Positions 39,830 through 50,197 of a stretch of DNA of 64,000 nucleotides are shown here, one piece after another. The translations under genes and the position numbers were made by a program. Within the stretch, counting starts at the first letter, position 1; every line of letters begins with the position of its first letter. The DNA lies in the NCBI GenBank assembly GCA_017961325.1, contig JAGCXM010000042.1, forward strand, positions 11,623-75,622, written 5' to 3'. The notes beneath the pieces are model-generated. The model worked only from the letters and a program-made list of their open reading frames with translations. It made no database searches and was not told the origin of the DNA. This DNA comes from a bacterium (GTDB lineage Bacteria > UBP6 > UBA1177).

Positions 39830-40573
39830 ATGGAGGTTCACTTGCTTGAAGAATTGAAAAAATTGGAAGCCCTGCAGGTTATCGACTCTCAGATTTTCAA
39901 CTTGGAGGAGGAACTTGACACTCTGCCGGACAAAAACGACTCCTTGGAGAACGAAATAACCGAGAAAGAAAACAAAATTTCTGAACTTAAGAACGCTATC
40001 GAACTTCAGGCAACAGAAAAGGAAAAAAGAGACGAAATTCTGAAAAAAGGCGAAGAAAAGCTCAAAACAATAACCGGCAAACAGTCTGCAATCAGAAACA
40101 AAGAGGAATACAACGCACTTTTGAGGGAAATCGACAACACGAAGAGATTCAACCGCGATCTCATTGACGAAATCAACGAAATCAACCGTGAAATCGAAAT
40201 CAAAACTGAAGAACTCAATGTCACCGAATCCGATTTTATGAAAGAAATCGAAGAGTGCAGGAAACAGATTGCGGCGAATTCCAAAAGAATGGAAGAGCTT
40301 GACGCAACCATAGAGAAACTTTACGACAAACGCGACGCTCTCGCTCAGAACATCAGGCCGGCGGTTTACAACAAATATCAGAGAATACTTGAAGCGTCAC
40401 CGAACGGCAAAGCGATTGCGACAGCTGACCACAGAGTCTGCCTCGGCTGCAATATGACTCTTCCGCCGGAACTTTATAACATGGTTCTCCGCGCGGTAAG
40501 AATTGAAGTTTGTCCTAACTGTCAGTGCATACTCATTCCGAACACGGATATTTCCAAAAAGACTTCCGAATAA
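39830..40573 (+). CDS. Coiled-coil protein with C-terminal C4 zinc-ribbon (COG1579/DUF164-like)
   Basis: Long heptad-rich region; C-terminal CLGCN...CPNC. Confidence 0.6.
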   Translation: MEVHLLEELKKLEALQVIDSQIFNLEEELDTLPDKNDSLENEITEKENKISELKNAIELQATEKEKRDEILKKGEEKLKTITGKQSAIRNKEEYNALLREIDNTKRFNRDLIDEINEINREIEIKTEELNVTESDFMKEIEECRKQIAANSKRMEELDATIEKLYDKRDALAQNIRPAVYNKYQRILEASPNGKAIATADHRVCLGCNMTLPPELYNMVLRAVRIEVCPNCQCILIPNTDISKKTSE

Positions 40574-40596
40574 AGCGAAAACAGTTCTTTTACTTG

Positions 40597-40950
40597 TGAA
40601 AAAGCAGCACTTCCAGTCGCTGATTTATCAGAGGAAAGTCCGGACTCCAGAGGGCGGAGGGCTGGCTAACGGCCAGGAGCAGCGATGCTACGGAAAGTGC
40701 AGCAGAAAATAAACTACCCGATTTATTCGGGAAAAGGTGAAAAGGCGGGGCAAGAGCCCACCGGAGTCGCGGCGACGCGGCCCGCACGGCAAACCCCCCT
40801 CGGAGCAAGGTCTAATAGAAATGCCATCTGCCGAGGCAGATAAGGATCGCCCGTCCGACGCATTCGGGTTGACCGCTTGAGACTGCAGGCAACTGCAGTT
40901 CCAGATGAATGACTGGTTAAAACAGAATCCGGCTTATGTGCTGCTTTTTC
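40597..40950 (+). ncRNA. rnpB: RNase P RNA (bacterial type A)
   Basis: Conserved blocks GGAAAGTCCGGACTCC, AGCAAGG, GGTTGACCGCTTGAG, AGATGAATGACTGG, ACAGAATCCGGCTTA; P1 pairing AAGCAGCAC/GTGCTGCTT. Confidence 0.8.
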
Positions 40951-40999
40951 TCCACCTTTCAAATAGAGTTTTTTAATCATAAACTGTAAGGAGGCTTGA

Positions 41000-42310
41000 G
41001 TGTATTCAAGAGATCACTGGAAAAGCAAGTTGGGTTTCATTCTTGCTGCGGTGGGTAGTGCCGTAGGATTGGGAAACATCTGGAAATTTCCATATGTCGT
41101 CGGCAAAAACGGCGGCAGTGCCTTTATTGCCATTTATCTTGCGTGTGTCATTCTTGTCGGAATTCCGATACTTATCGTCGAAATTTATCTCGGTAAAAAG
41201 AGCCAGCTCAATCCCGTCGGAGCATTCCGGTTTTTTCAGAAAGGCAAAGTTCCGTTTTCTCTTATAGGTTACGCCGGAGTTCTGTGCGGAATCATAATTC
41301 TTTCATATTATTCGGTAATTACAGGCTGGATCTGTCATTATCTCATGCTGAGTTTCCGCGGATTTTCAGGAAGCGAAACCGAAATCAGCGAGATTTTCAC
41401 GGCCCTGAATGCAAATCCGTGGCTCAATATCGCGTGGCACACTTTTGTCATGGCGGCAGTCATGATGATTTTAGCGAAAGGCGTCCGTAAAGGAATCGAA
41501 GCTGCAAGTAAAATTCTAATGCCGATGCTCGGAGTTCTGCTTCTCGTGCTTGTCTGCTACTCGTTGACTCTTGACGGAATGAAAGAGGCCTGGCGCTTCC
41601 TGACCTATCCCGATTTTTCAAGGGTGACAGGCAGTTCATTTCTTGAAGCCTTAGGCACTTCATTCTTTACTCTCTCACTCGGAATGGGGGCGATGATAAC
41701 CTATGGAAGTTACCTTAAAGGCGAAGTCAACATCACTAAATCGGCTGTTCAGATAGCTTCGATTGACACTCTTATCGCATTTTTGTCGGGAATCGTTATT
41801 TTTCCGATAGTTTTTACGAACAATCTTGAACCGAGTGCCGGTCCGGGACTTATTTTCAAAACGCTCCCGGTTCTTTTTTCAAAAATGCCGGGCGGTCACA
41901 TCGTTTCGATCGCATTTTTTGCACTCGTTCTATTTGCCGCGATAACAAGCGCCATATCCCTTTTGGAAGTTGCGACATCATTTATGGTTGACGAATACAA
42001 GTGCTCAAGAACAAAGGCTGTTTTGATAATGGGAACAGTCATTTGGCTGCTCGGAATCCTCTCTGCCGTCTCCTATTGGAATGTTGCCGGAACACCATTC
42101 CTCGACCTTTTCGACAAAATCGCTTCATGCTATATGCTTCCGCTCGGAGGTTTGTGTTCCGCACTCGTTTTCGGCTGGGCGATTTCAAAAAAGCAGAAAT
42201 ACTCGGAAATCGGCTCAAAACCGATAAACAAAATACTGCTTTTCGCTGCAAAATATATTTCACCGGTGCTTCTTTTGCTCGTTTTCATTAAAGAAATCGG
42301 GCTGTTTTAA
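41000..42310 (+). CDS. Sodium-dependent transporter, neurotransmitter:sodium symporter (SNF) family
   Basis: GTG start after AAGGAGG RBS; WKFPY N-terminal motif, 11-12 TM helices. Confidence 0.8.
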   Translation: MYSRDHWKSKLGFILAAVGSAVGLGNIWKFPYVVGKNGGSAFIAIYLACVILVGIPILIVEIYLGKKSQLNPVGAFRFFQKGKVPFSLIGYAGVLCGIIILSYYSVITGWICHYLMLSFRGFSGSETEISEIFTALNANPWLNIAWHTFVMAAVMMILAKGVRKGIEAASKILMPMLGVLLLVLVCYSLTLDGMKEAWRFLTYPDFSRVTGSSFLEALGTSFFTLSLGMGAMITYGSYLKGEVNITKSAVQIASIDTLIAFLSGIVIFPIVFTNNLEPSAGPGLIFKTLPVLFSKMPGGHIVSIAFFALVLFAAITSAISLLEVATSFMVDEYKCSRTKAVLIMGTVIWLLGILSAVSYWNVAGTPFLDLFDKIASCYMLPLGGLCSALVFGWAISKKQKYSEIGSKPINKILLFAAKYISPVLLLLVFIKEIGLF

Positions 42311-44763
42311 ACGTTTTTCTTCGATTTTTTATCTCTGGAATCGGCAATCCACCTGATAATTACAGGGAAAAAGACCAAATTGACAAGGGTAACCGTGACG
42401 ATTCCGATCGACGCCATGATTCCGATCGACTGCAAACCTTTGTGCTTTGCAAGTGCGACACTACCGAAACCGACTAAAGTCGTAAGTGACGAATAAAAAA
42501 CCGATCCGCCGGTATTTTTGAGGTTTTCGATCATTTTTTCTGGTGCTGAGCGGTAGCGGTAATAGATATGAATTGCCGAATCTATGCCCGTTCCGATGAC
42601 GGTCGGAATGATTATCATATTGAAAACATTGAACTTTATTCCGCAAATGACCGCTGTGAGTATCATCCACAGAATGCCTGCCGCGAGAGGAAGAAAAACG
42701 ACAAAAGCGTTTATGAACGAGCGGTAAAGCAGTACGAGAACGATGAAAACTGCGCAAAAGGCAAAAACAATAGCGAGCGGAACATGGTATTCTATTACTT
42801 TTTTGATTTCCGAAAGAAGCATATAAGAGCCTAACAGCTTGTAATTATTTATATTTCCACGGATTGTTCCGAACTCGTCTATTATCCTCATAACATCATT
42901 GACATCTGATTTGTTTCCGCCAAGAGCGACCATTATGAAGCGATCGGAACTACCGTCTTTAAGTGAAAGTTTGTCCATAATCCAATCCGGCAGTTTTTCC
43001 TTATCCATAACGGATGAAACTTCGAGGTACGGTTTGAAATCCTTGTTGTATCTTTCAATTTCATCATCGCTGAAAAGATTTATTTTCCGCTCGATTAAGC
43101 GTCTGATATCTTTAATGATTTTGATTTTTTCTTCCTGATCTTCAGGGAGAAAGGTGTAAATCGAAATCAAATCCTTCAGCTCGATTGAAGTTGACTTTTC
43201 AGCCTTTATTTTTGTAAGAGTTCTTGTAGCATCCTCCGTTTCTTCGGCGGAATTTGTCACTATGAAGGACGGAAGTCCAGTTGAAATTACGTCTGTTTTT
43301 GCTTTTTTCTGGGCATTCCGATAGTGGTTCGTGATACTTTCGTCATACTTTCCCGGAAAACTCAGATTGTCGAAGTTATACTCGATTTCTCCGAATTTTA
43401 TTGAAACTGCCGCCAATGCCGTGACAACAAGAAAAACAGCGAAAACAAGCGAAGATTTTTTTGAAAGAGCGGTATAGACCGAAGCTAAAAAATCGGTCGT
43501 GCGAGCCTTTATCCGCAAAGGTTTCATTCTGTCGAAAAAGAAAACGATTGCCGGGAAAAAAATCATAATCGCTAAAAATGAGGTCGAAACGCCGAGTGCC
43601 GCCGCAAGACCGAAGTCGGAAAATCCTTTGAAATCAATCATTATCAGAGAAAAGAACGCCGCGACAGTCGTTATCGCGCCGCAGAAAATCGACGGCATGA
43701 CGACAGGCATGGACTTTATCAGGGCCTCTTCAGTAGTTGAACTCTGCTCAACCTGTTCGCTGAATCTTCCCAGAAGGTGGATTGAAAAATCGATTCCCAG
43801 ACCGTATAAAATCGTAAACGAAAATGCAGAAATTATGTTGAAACCGCCGACAAAGAACTGCATTGCAGAAATTGCGCTCAAAACTCCGGATGAAAGCGGA
43901 AAAAAGACGATAAGAAGCGCACGCAGCGACCTGAAATAAAAGATTATCGTAAGCGAAAGAAGTATGATGCATATAGCCAGAGTTGAAAAGACATCGTTGT
44001 AAATCGCAGTCATTTCGCGCAGTTTATTGCGGAAAAGTCCGCCGGCTTCAACTTCGACGCCGAGTTTTTCGGGCTGAACTTCGGAAATGGCCTTTTCAAG
44101 CAGATCAACAATTTTCTTGCTGTCGGACACATTGGTTTCACCGCCTGCCGGACGAACTTTCATCGCTACATAAGTTCCGTTTTCGACTTCGTAGAACTTA
44201 TCCATTTTGTACTTGGCGCGGTAGCTTTCAGCCTTTTCGAGAACTTCATCCATTTTGGATGTCAGATTCTCAGTGCTTTCTTTGTTTTCTGAACTGTTTT
44301 CGTTACTTGCATCCGATTCTCCGTCAAATTCGAGTTCCTTTTTTACAGCTTTAGCTATCTGGTTCTGAACTTCGCTCTTTACTTTCTGAAGTTCATCAAC
44401 AGTCGCAAAAAGAAGGGCGTTTTTTTCCAGGTATTCAACGTCTCTGTCAAATTCAACGAATCTTACCAGCGGATTTCCGTCAATTTTTTCCTTTACGAGC
44501 CTCAGAGCCTCGATGTTTTTTTCACGGTTAGGAGAGTGCGCAACGACGAGAACCGTCGAGTAGCTTCCTACGATATCCTCCATTTTTTCAAGTTCGAGAA
44601 CCATCTCGTTGTCGCCTTTGAAAAGGGCGCGCAGGTCTGTGTCGATTTTCAGATTGTTTTTGATGTAAAAAAGTTCAAGAGCCGTAACGACTAGCAGACA
44701 AACCAGCATGAAATAGGTATGCTTCGCCGAAAAACCTATGAATTTTCTGTAGAAATTGTTCAA
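42307..44763 (-). CDS. MMPL/RND-superfamily exporter (818 aa)
   Basis: Two 6-TM bundles, each preceded by a large periplasmic domain; HpnN/MMPL-like. Confidence 0.7.
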   Translation of the reverse strand: MNNFYRKFIGFSAKHTYFMLVCLLVVTALELFYIKNNLKIDTDLRALFKGDNEMVLELEKMEDIVGSYSTVLVVAHSPNREKNIEALRLVKEKIDGNPLVRFVEFDRDVEYLEKNALLFATVDELQKVKSEVQNQIAKAVKKELEFDGESDASNENSSENKESTENLTSKMDEVLEKAESYRAKYKMDKFYEVENGTYVAMKVRPAGGETNVSDSKKIVDLLEKAISEVQPEKLGVEVEAGGLFRNKLREMTAIYNDVFSTLAICIILLSLTIIFYFRSLRALLIVFFPLSSGVLSAISAMQFFVGGFNIISAFSFTILYGLGIDFSIHLLGRFSEQVEQSSTTEEALIKSMPVVMPSIFCGAITTVAAFFSLIMIDFKGFSDFGLAAALGVSTSFLAIMIFFPAIVFFFDRMKPLRIKARTTDFLASVYTALSKKSSLVFAVFLVVTALAAVSIKFGEIEYNFDNLSFPGKYDESITNHYRNAQKKAKTDVISTGLPSFIVTNSAEETEDATRTLTKIKAEKSTSIELKDLISIYTFLPEDQEEKIKIIKDIRRLIERKINLFSDDEIERYNKDFKPYLEVSSVMDKEKLPDWIMDKLSLKDGSSDRFIMVALGGNKSDVNDVMRIIDEFGTIRGNINNYKLLGSYMLLSEIKKVIEYHVPLAIVFAFCAVFIVLVLLYRSFINAFVVFLPLAAGILWMILTAVICGIKFNVFNMIIIPTVIGTGIDSAIHIYYRYRSAPEKMIENLKNTGGSVFYSSLTTLVGFGSVALAKHKGLQSIGIMASIGIVTVTLVNLVFFPVIIRWIADSRDKKSKKNV

Positions 44764-44781
44764 AGAGAAACCCCGCTTCTG

Positions 44782-45369
44782 TTATTTTCCGTAAAGTACA
44801 GTCTCTGTTTTCGAGCCGTTTTCGCGCACCGCGCCCAGGAATTTTTTAACTTTTTTGAGTGCAATGCCCCGTTTGAGTGAACTTATTTTGTCAATGAATA
44901 AAACTCCGTCCAAGTGGTCGTTTTCATGCTGGATTGCAACTGCGGCAAGCCCGCTCGCCTTGATTTCCTGAGGATTTCCGTCAATATCGAAATATCTGCA
45001 GACGATTTTTTCGGCACGTTCGACATCGGCGTTGTATTTCGGAACGCTGAGACAACCTTCGCCGTATACTATTTTGCCTTCTTTCTCAATAATTTCGGGG
45101 TTTATGAATGCAACCGGACGGAATTCGGCATTTTTCGGCTTTTCACCGTTTTCTTCAGCTTTAACGAAATCCAGATAGCCGAAATCTATAACGAAAATGC
45201 GCAGCGACACACCCACCTGAGGTCCTGCTATGCCGAGTCCGTCTGCGGCGCGCATCGTTTCAGCCATATTGTCTGCCAGTTCCTTGATTTCATTATTGAA
45301 TTCGGATACAGGCTTTGCCTTTTCGCGCAGAACCTTGTCGCCGACTGTCGAAATATGCAGAAGCGTCAT
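44782..45369 (-). CDS. def: Peptide deformylase
   Basis: GLAAPQVG-like, EGCLS and HExDH metal-binding motifs (QHENDHLDG). Confidence 0.9.
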   Translation of the reverse strand: MTLLHISTVGDKVLREKAKPVSEFNNEIKELADNMAETMRAADGLGIAGPQVGVSLRIFVIDFGYLDFVKAEENGEKPKNAEFRPVAFINPEIIEKEGKIVYGEGCLSVPKYNADVERAEKIVCRYFDIDGNPQEIKASGLAAVAIQHENDHLDGVLFIDKISSLKRGIALKKVKKFLGAVRENGSKTETVLYGK

Positions 45370-45378
45370 TTGTTACTC

Positions 45379-46410
45379 CTAAACATTGAATCTGAAATTT
45401 ATAATATCGCCGTCTTTAACGACATATTCCTTCCCTTCGAGTCTGTAAGCCGCTGCTTTTTTGCACTCCGCTTCACTTCCGTATTTGATGAAATCGTCAA
45501 AGTGGACGACTTCGGCACGGATAAAGCCGCGCTGGATGTCGGAATGGATTTTTCCGGCCGCAAAGAGTGCCGGAGTGCCGTTTTTGATAGGCCATGCACG
45601 GACTTCATCGCTTCCTGCCGTGAGGAAAGAGATTAATCCGAGCGCTGAATAGGCACTTTTTATGAATCTGACCGAGGCACTTTCCGAAAGACCGTAATCC
45701 TTCAAAAACTCGGCCTGTTCTTCGGGAGCGAGTTCCGAAAGTTCGACTTCAAGCGGTGCACTTACGCAGAAATATGAAATTCCGTCGTCTGAAAGCTGTT
45801 TTACAAGCTGTTCCGGCACATCCTGACTGCCTTCCGGCTGGTTTACGAGAACTATGATTTTTTTCATCGAAAGGAAATTGTAGTTCGCTATGAGTTCCGC
45901 TTCTTCGGGAGAAACGGTGTCGGCAGCAGGAAATTCGCCGTTTTCAAAGAGATCGCGCAGTCTCTGCAAAACTTTGAGTTCCGGCGGATTTTTCTTTTCC
46001 TTCATTTCGCGCTCAAGCCTTTTTTCAATTACGACAAAATCTGTAAGTATCATATCTTCCTTGATTTTTTTGTATTCAGTTGTCGGATCTGCCGGATCTG
46101 AAGTCATAAGTGAATCGAAATTTCTGAGCGTCACGATCAGAAGATCTGCTTTCTGTATCATATTTTTCACTTTTGCCTGAATCGCCGTATCTTTTGACGG
46201 CGGGACAGTGTAGTCGCTGAGAACGAATTCGCTGTAGGTTTTCTTTTTCGGATTGTAGATTTCCGAAAGTCTGTCGATTCTCTCGTCGGGAACTTTGATA
46301 GTTCCGACGGTTTCCTCTTTTTTACCGCTTTCTATTCCGGTCAATGCCTGAAAAACCGTACTTTTGCCTGAAAATGGCAATCCAATCAAAGCTGCTTTCA
46401 TTATTTTCAC
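45379..46410 (-). CDS. ychF: Ribosome-binding ATPase YchF
   Basis: Obg-family P-loop GLPFSGKST, C-terminal TGS domain. Confidence 0.9.
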   Translation of the reverse strand: MKIMKAALIGLPFSGKSTVFQALTGIESGKKEETVGTIKVPDERIDRLSEIYNPKKKTYSEFVLSDYTVPPSKDTAIQAKVKNMIQKADLLIVTLRNFDSLMTSDPADPTTEYKKIKEDMILTDFVVIEKRLEREMKEKKNPPELKVLQRLRDLFENGEFPAADTVSPEEAELIANYNFLSMKKIIVLVNQPEGSQDVPEQLVKQLSDDGISYFCVSAPLEVELSELAPEEQAEFLKDYGLSESASVRFIKSAYSALGLISFLTAGSDEVRAWPIKNGTPALFAAGKIHSDIQRGFIRAEVVHFDDFIKYGSEAECKKAAAYRLEGKEYVVKDGDIINFRFNV

Positions 46411-46427
46411 CTCTGAACAATTGTTTG

Positions 46428-47138
46428 TTACTTGATTTTAAAATCCGGCATTATCGTTAAGGTCCTTGAATCGAGTTTAGTTGGAACAAAGCTGATTTTG
46501 TTACCTTTTTTCAACATCATGAGCGGAACGAACGCCATGTTTTCGGCATCGGCCGGATCAATTATGCCGTCTTTTGTCTTGTAGACATGTTCGATTCTGT
46601 ATCTTCCGAAAAGTTTGGTAAACGCTCCGTTTTTCGCCCTCTGCTGGATTTTTACGGAAATGACGACTTTCTTGTTCTGATCGTCATAAACCGAATTTTC
46701 AACAAGTGCTTCGATGTATTCGTCTTTCGGAACGGTCTCTTCTGCGCTTTTTTTAAACATTTCCGAATTGTCGTAGGTATTCTGACGCCTTGCCATAATT
46801 TCAGAAACGTCGATGTCGATATTTTTCAGAACTTCAAAAAGGCTGTCCGGCGTAGTTGTAGGGAAAAACAGATCCTTGCCGAGAACTTCTATGCTGAGGT
46901 CAGGAATTTTTGAAAGCATCTCCTTTCTGAGTGCGTTAGGTTTTATTCCGTCGGCAAGTTTTACGAGGACTCCGCCGTTTTTCGCAACCCACGACTGCGC
47001 TATCATCGGAAGCCACGAACCGTCGACGCTTTTTATGACGAAAGGTGTGGCCTCAACGCTTGAAAGCAGCATAAAAAGTGACAAAACAGTAATTTTTATG
47101 AAGGAAAAAAACTTATTTTTTTGTTTTTGATTTTTCAT
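46428..47138 (-). CDS. Hypothetical secreted protein (236 aa)
   Basis: N-terminal signal peptide; no recognised motif. Confidence 0.35.
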   Translation of the reverse strand: MKNQKQKNKFFSFIKITVLSLFMLLSSVEATPFVIKSVDGSWLPMIAQSWVAKNGGVLVKLADGIKPNALRKEMLSKIPDLSIEVLGKDLFFPTTTPDSLFEVLKNIDIDVSEIMARRQNTYDNSEMFKKSAEETVPKDEYIEALVENSVYDDQNKKVVISVKIQQRAKNGAFTKLFGRYRIEHVYKTKDGIIDPADAENMAFVPLMMLKKGNKISFVPTKLDSRTLTIMPDFKIK

Positions 47139-48009
47139 CTGCCGTTGCCTTCTGCTCTGATCTGGGTTGTTTTCTGTAGAAATTCCGAAGAAGGAAAATT
47201 CCGAAAATTATAAACGGAATGCTAAGATACTGTCCCATCGTGAGACCTTCTTCAAACACCTGATATTCCTTGATAAATTCGATACAGAAACGGAAAGAGA
47301 AGTAAAGAATCATAAAGATTGCCGTGTAAATCCCCGACTTTCTGTGATCTTTTCGGACAAACGAAACGACAAGCATGATTATCAGAATCACGAAAGCGCC
47401 GAGTGCCTCGTAAAGCTGGGAGGGATGGCGTACCGGCCAGTAATTTATCAGGCATTCCATTTTTGAAATGTCACAGTGCCCGGTAGCGGCATTCATTGCA
47501 AGTTTCATGTCATCCGGATTTCTCAAAAACTTGAAACCCCAGGGAACGGTCGTAATTCTGCCGACGATTTCGCTGTTGAAGAAGTTGCCGAGTCTGACAA
47601 ATGTCGCTCCCATAATTCCCGGAAAAACAACACCGTCCGCCAGATCAGTGAATGTCAGTTTGTATTTTTTCGCAACGCAGAGAACGGTGATGATAAGTCC
47701 TATAGTTGCGCCGTGGCTTGCAATTCCGCCTTTGTAGACTTTGAGGATTTCAAGCGGATTGCTCAGATAATAAGCCGGTTCGTAGAAAAAGCAGTGAACG
47801 AGACGCGCGCCGATAACGGTGGTAACAACGCCCCAGATCAGCAGATCGTCTGCAACTTTGTCGGGAAAACCGTACTTCCTGTAAATTCTGCGGGCAAGAT
47901 AAAAGCCGATAAGTATCGCCGCCGCAAAAAGAATTCCGTAATACCTGAGCTGCAGAGGTCCGATAAAAGCGATTACCGGATCAATATTCCAAACGATGTA
48001 TTCATTCAT
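47113..48009 (-). CDS. lgt: Prolipoprotein diacylglyceryl transferase
   Basis: Lgt signature region (GARLxHxF, GNFFNSE), 7 TM. Confidence 0.85.
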   Translation of the reverse strand: MNEYIVWNIDPVIAFIGPLQLRYYGILFAAAILIGFYLARRIYRKYGFPDKVADDLLIWGVVTTVIGARLVHCFFYEPAYYLSNPLEILKVYKGGIASHGATIGLIITVLCVAKKYKLTFTDLADGVVFPGIMGATFVRLGNFFNSEIVGRITTVPWGFKFLRNPDDMKLAMNAATGHCDISKMECLINYWPVRHPSQLYEALGAFVILIIMLVVSFVRKDHRKSGIYTAIFMILYFSFRFCIEFIKEYQVFEEGLTMGQYLSIPFIIFGIFLLRNFYRKQPRSEQKATADEKSKTKK

Positions 48010-48036
48010 AATTTAAAACTCCTATAAACTGAAAAG

Positions 48037-49176
48037 TTAATTGTTTTCGTTGCTTGCACCTTCTTTAAGGAGATAGTCCTCCATAAATTCATCCAGAATC
48101 TGCTCTCCGTCCAGCACTGCGTCGGCGTTGCCCGTTTCGAAATCGGTTCTGTGATCCTTAACCATTTTGTAGGGATGCAGAACATAGCTTCTGATCTGGC
48201 TTCCGAAATCGATTCCTTTCTTCTGTTTTTCGATTTCCGAAGACTCTTCGTGCTTTTTTTCAAGTTCGAATTCGTAAAGGCGCGACTTCAGGATTTTCAT
48301 TGCCGTAGCCTTGTTTTTATGCTGGCTTCTGTCGTTCTGGCACTGGACGACTATGCCGGTCGGAATGTGGGTTATCCTTATCGCCGAATCGGTTTTGTTG
48401 ACGTGCTGACCGCCTGCGCCGCCCGAACGGTATGTATCGATTTTCAAATCCTTTTCATCGATTTCTATTTCAATCGAATCGTCGATTTCCGGAGTGACGA
48501 AGACGCTTGCGAACGAGGTGTGGCGCCTTTTGTTGGCATCGAACGGACTTATCCGCACAAGTCTGTGAACGCCGATTTCGGCTTTGAGATAACCGTAGGC
48601 GTAATCGCCTTCCGCAATGAAAGTGATGTTTTTTATCGCCGTTGCGTCGTCTCCGGTAATTTTATCAATGATTTCAAGACCGTAACCTTTGCGTTCGCAC
48701 CATCTCGCATACATTCTCGACAGCATGACAGCCCAGTCCTGCGACTCTCTGCCGCCCGCACCGGCGTTTATGCTCACGATAGCATTCATAAGATCGGTTT
48801 TCCCGCCGAGCATTTTCTGGAATTCGATTCTTCCGACAAGTTCGTCGGTCTGCCGGAGCATAAGCCCGGCTTCACCTTCAATCGACGGGTCTTCGTCGAT
48901 AAGTTCTTTCGCGACGGTCAGCTCTTCGATTTCCGCTTCAAGTTTGGAAAAAAGTTCAAGATTGTTTTCAAGAACCCGTTTTTCTTTGTTGAGAGCCGCC
49001 ATTTTTGCGGTGTCAGACCAGATTTCGGGCAGATCAAGCTGTTTTTTCAGTTCTTCGAGACGCTCTCTTTTTGAATTTATGTTAAGCGATTCGAAAAAAA
49101 TTTTCGATTTCTGGTCGAGTTCGGCAAGTTTTTGTTCCAAGTCCTTAGAAGTTAAAGGCATTTTTATTTCCACCAA
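48037..49176 (-). CDS. prfB: Peptide chain release factor 2 (single ORF, no programmed frameshift)
   Basis: SPF tripeptide motif, GGQ motif (SGGAGGQHVNKTDSA); uninterrupted 379 aa. Confidence 0.9.
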   Translation of the reverse strand: MVEIKMPLTSKDLEQKLAELDQKSKIFFESLNINSKRERLEELKKQLDLPEIWSDTAKMAALNKEKRVLENNLELFSKLEAEIEELTVAKELIDEDPSIEGEAGLMLRQTDELVGRIEFQKMLGGKTDLMNAIVSINAGAGGRESQDWAVMLSRMYARWCERKGYGLEIIDKITGDDATAIKNITFIAEGDYAYGYLKAEIGVHRLVRISPFDANKRRHTSFASVFVTPEIDDSIEIEIDEKDLKIDTYRSGGAGGQHVNKTDSAIRITHIPTGIVVQCQNDRSQHKNKATAMKILKSRLYEFELEKKHEESSEIEKQKKGIDFGSQIRSYVLHPYKMVKDHRTDFETGNADAVLDGEQILDEFMEDYLLKEGASNENN

Positions 49177-50003
49177 AGATTTTCAACATTTATTTTCGCA
49201 CCGTATTCCGTCATCATTCTGTCACGGTATTCATCCCATTTTTCAGTTCCGTATTTCGCAATCAGCTCTTCGACAATCAGCGGATACGCGAGATTGAAAG
49301 TCAGATGCCTTTTATAGGCGAAACCGGCGATTTCGATTATTGTATAAAAGTTCTCGCTGTCAAGATAAGGTCCGAGTATTTCACCTGGAAAACTCGCCAG
49401 AACGTCGTTTTTCCACGATTCACCCATCACGTCGGCGCTGAAAAGCCCCCAGTCTCCGTTGTTCCGCGCAAGAATTTCGTCATCGGAAAGGCTTGCCGAA
49501 AGGATTCGGATATTCGCGCCCGATCTCAGCTGCTGTGCGATTTCATCCGCCTTTTTTCTGTTTGAGACACGCACTGCGTAAAGGCGGTAGAGCTTGTCGC
49601 GGAGGAATTCGTCCTTGTTTTCTATGTAATACTGCCGAACCGTTTCGTCATCAATCGCATAAACCTCGCGTTTTGTCCTGCGGCTCATGTATTCTACAAT
49701 TGTTTTCCGCTTGAAGTCATCGATTTTATTGCGTATTTCAGGAATGTCCTCAACGCCTTCGCTTTTTCCCATTTCATAAAGAAATTTTTCGGAAAGTTCC
49801 CTGAAAAGGTAGTTTTTTCTCATTTCCTCCGAATCGGACATGTTGTTCTGCCTGAGCCAGAGGTTGTATTTCAGCTTGAAATCGGCAACCGAAACGACAT
49901 CGCCCTTGAAAACATATACTACGGAATCATCTTTGAATTTCCCGCACGAAAACAGCATGAAAGCTGAAATCACTATGAAAAAAGCGGCAAAAAAACGGTT
50001 CAT
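49164..50003 (-). CDS. Hypothetical lipoprotein, possibly SurA-N-like chaperone domain
   Basis: Signal peptide + lipobox FSCG; helical domain without PPIase motif. Confidence 0.35.
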   Translation of the reverse strand: MNRFFAAFFIVISAFMLFSCGKFKDDSVVYVFKGDVVSVADFKLKYNLWLRQNNMSDSEEMRKNYLFRELSEKFLYEMGKSEGVEDIPEIRNKIDDFKRKTIVEYMSRRTKREVYAIDDETVRQYYIENKDEFLRDKLYRLYAVRVSNRKKADEIAQQLRSGANIRILSASLSDDEILARNNGDWGLFSADVMGESWKNDVLASFPGEILGPYLDSENFYTIIEIAGFAYKRHLTFNLAYPLIVEELIAKYGTEKWDEYRDRMMTEYGAKINVENLWWK

Positions 50004-50197
50004 TGCACCTCCGAAACCGCTGCACTTTACTATTAAAAGCAGCGAATTGCAACTTTGCTACGGCACAATTTATCCGTAAATGCCGGTGTAAAATATCAAA
50101 ATTCATGATTTTGCAAAGCCGGAATTTCAAATTCACCGTTTTTAATTTGATTTAAGACATTCTCGTGGCATAATCATTCGTTTTTTGTGAGGGAAAC

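Noticed and set aside
48037-49176. Programmed +1 frameshift in prfB
   Set aside because: The RF2 ORF (SPF motif present) is uninterrupted from the N-terminus; there is no in-frame UGA or CUU-UGA-C shift site
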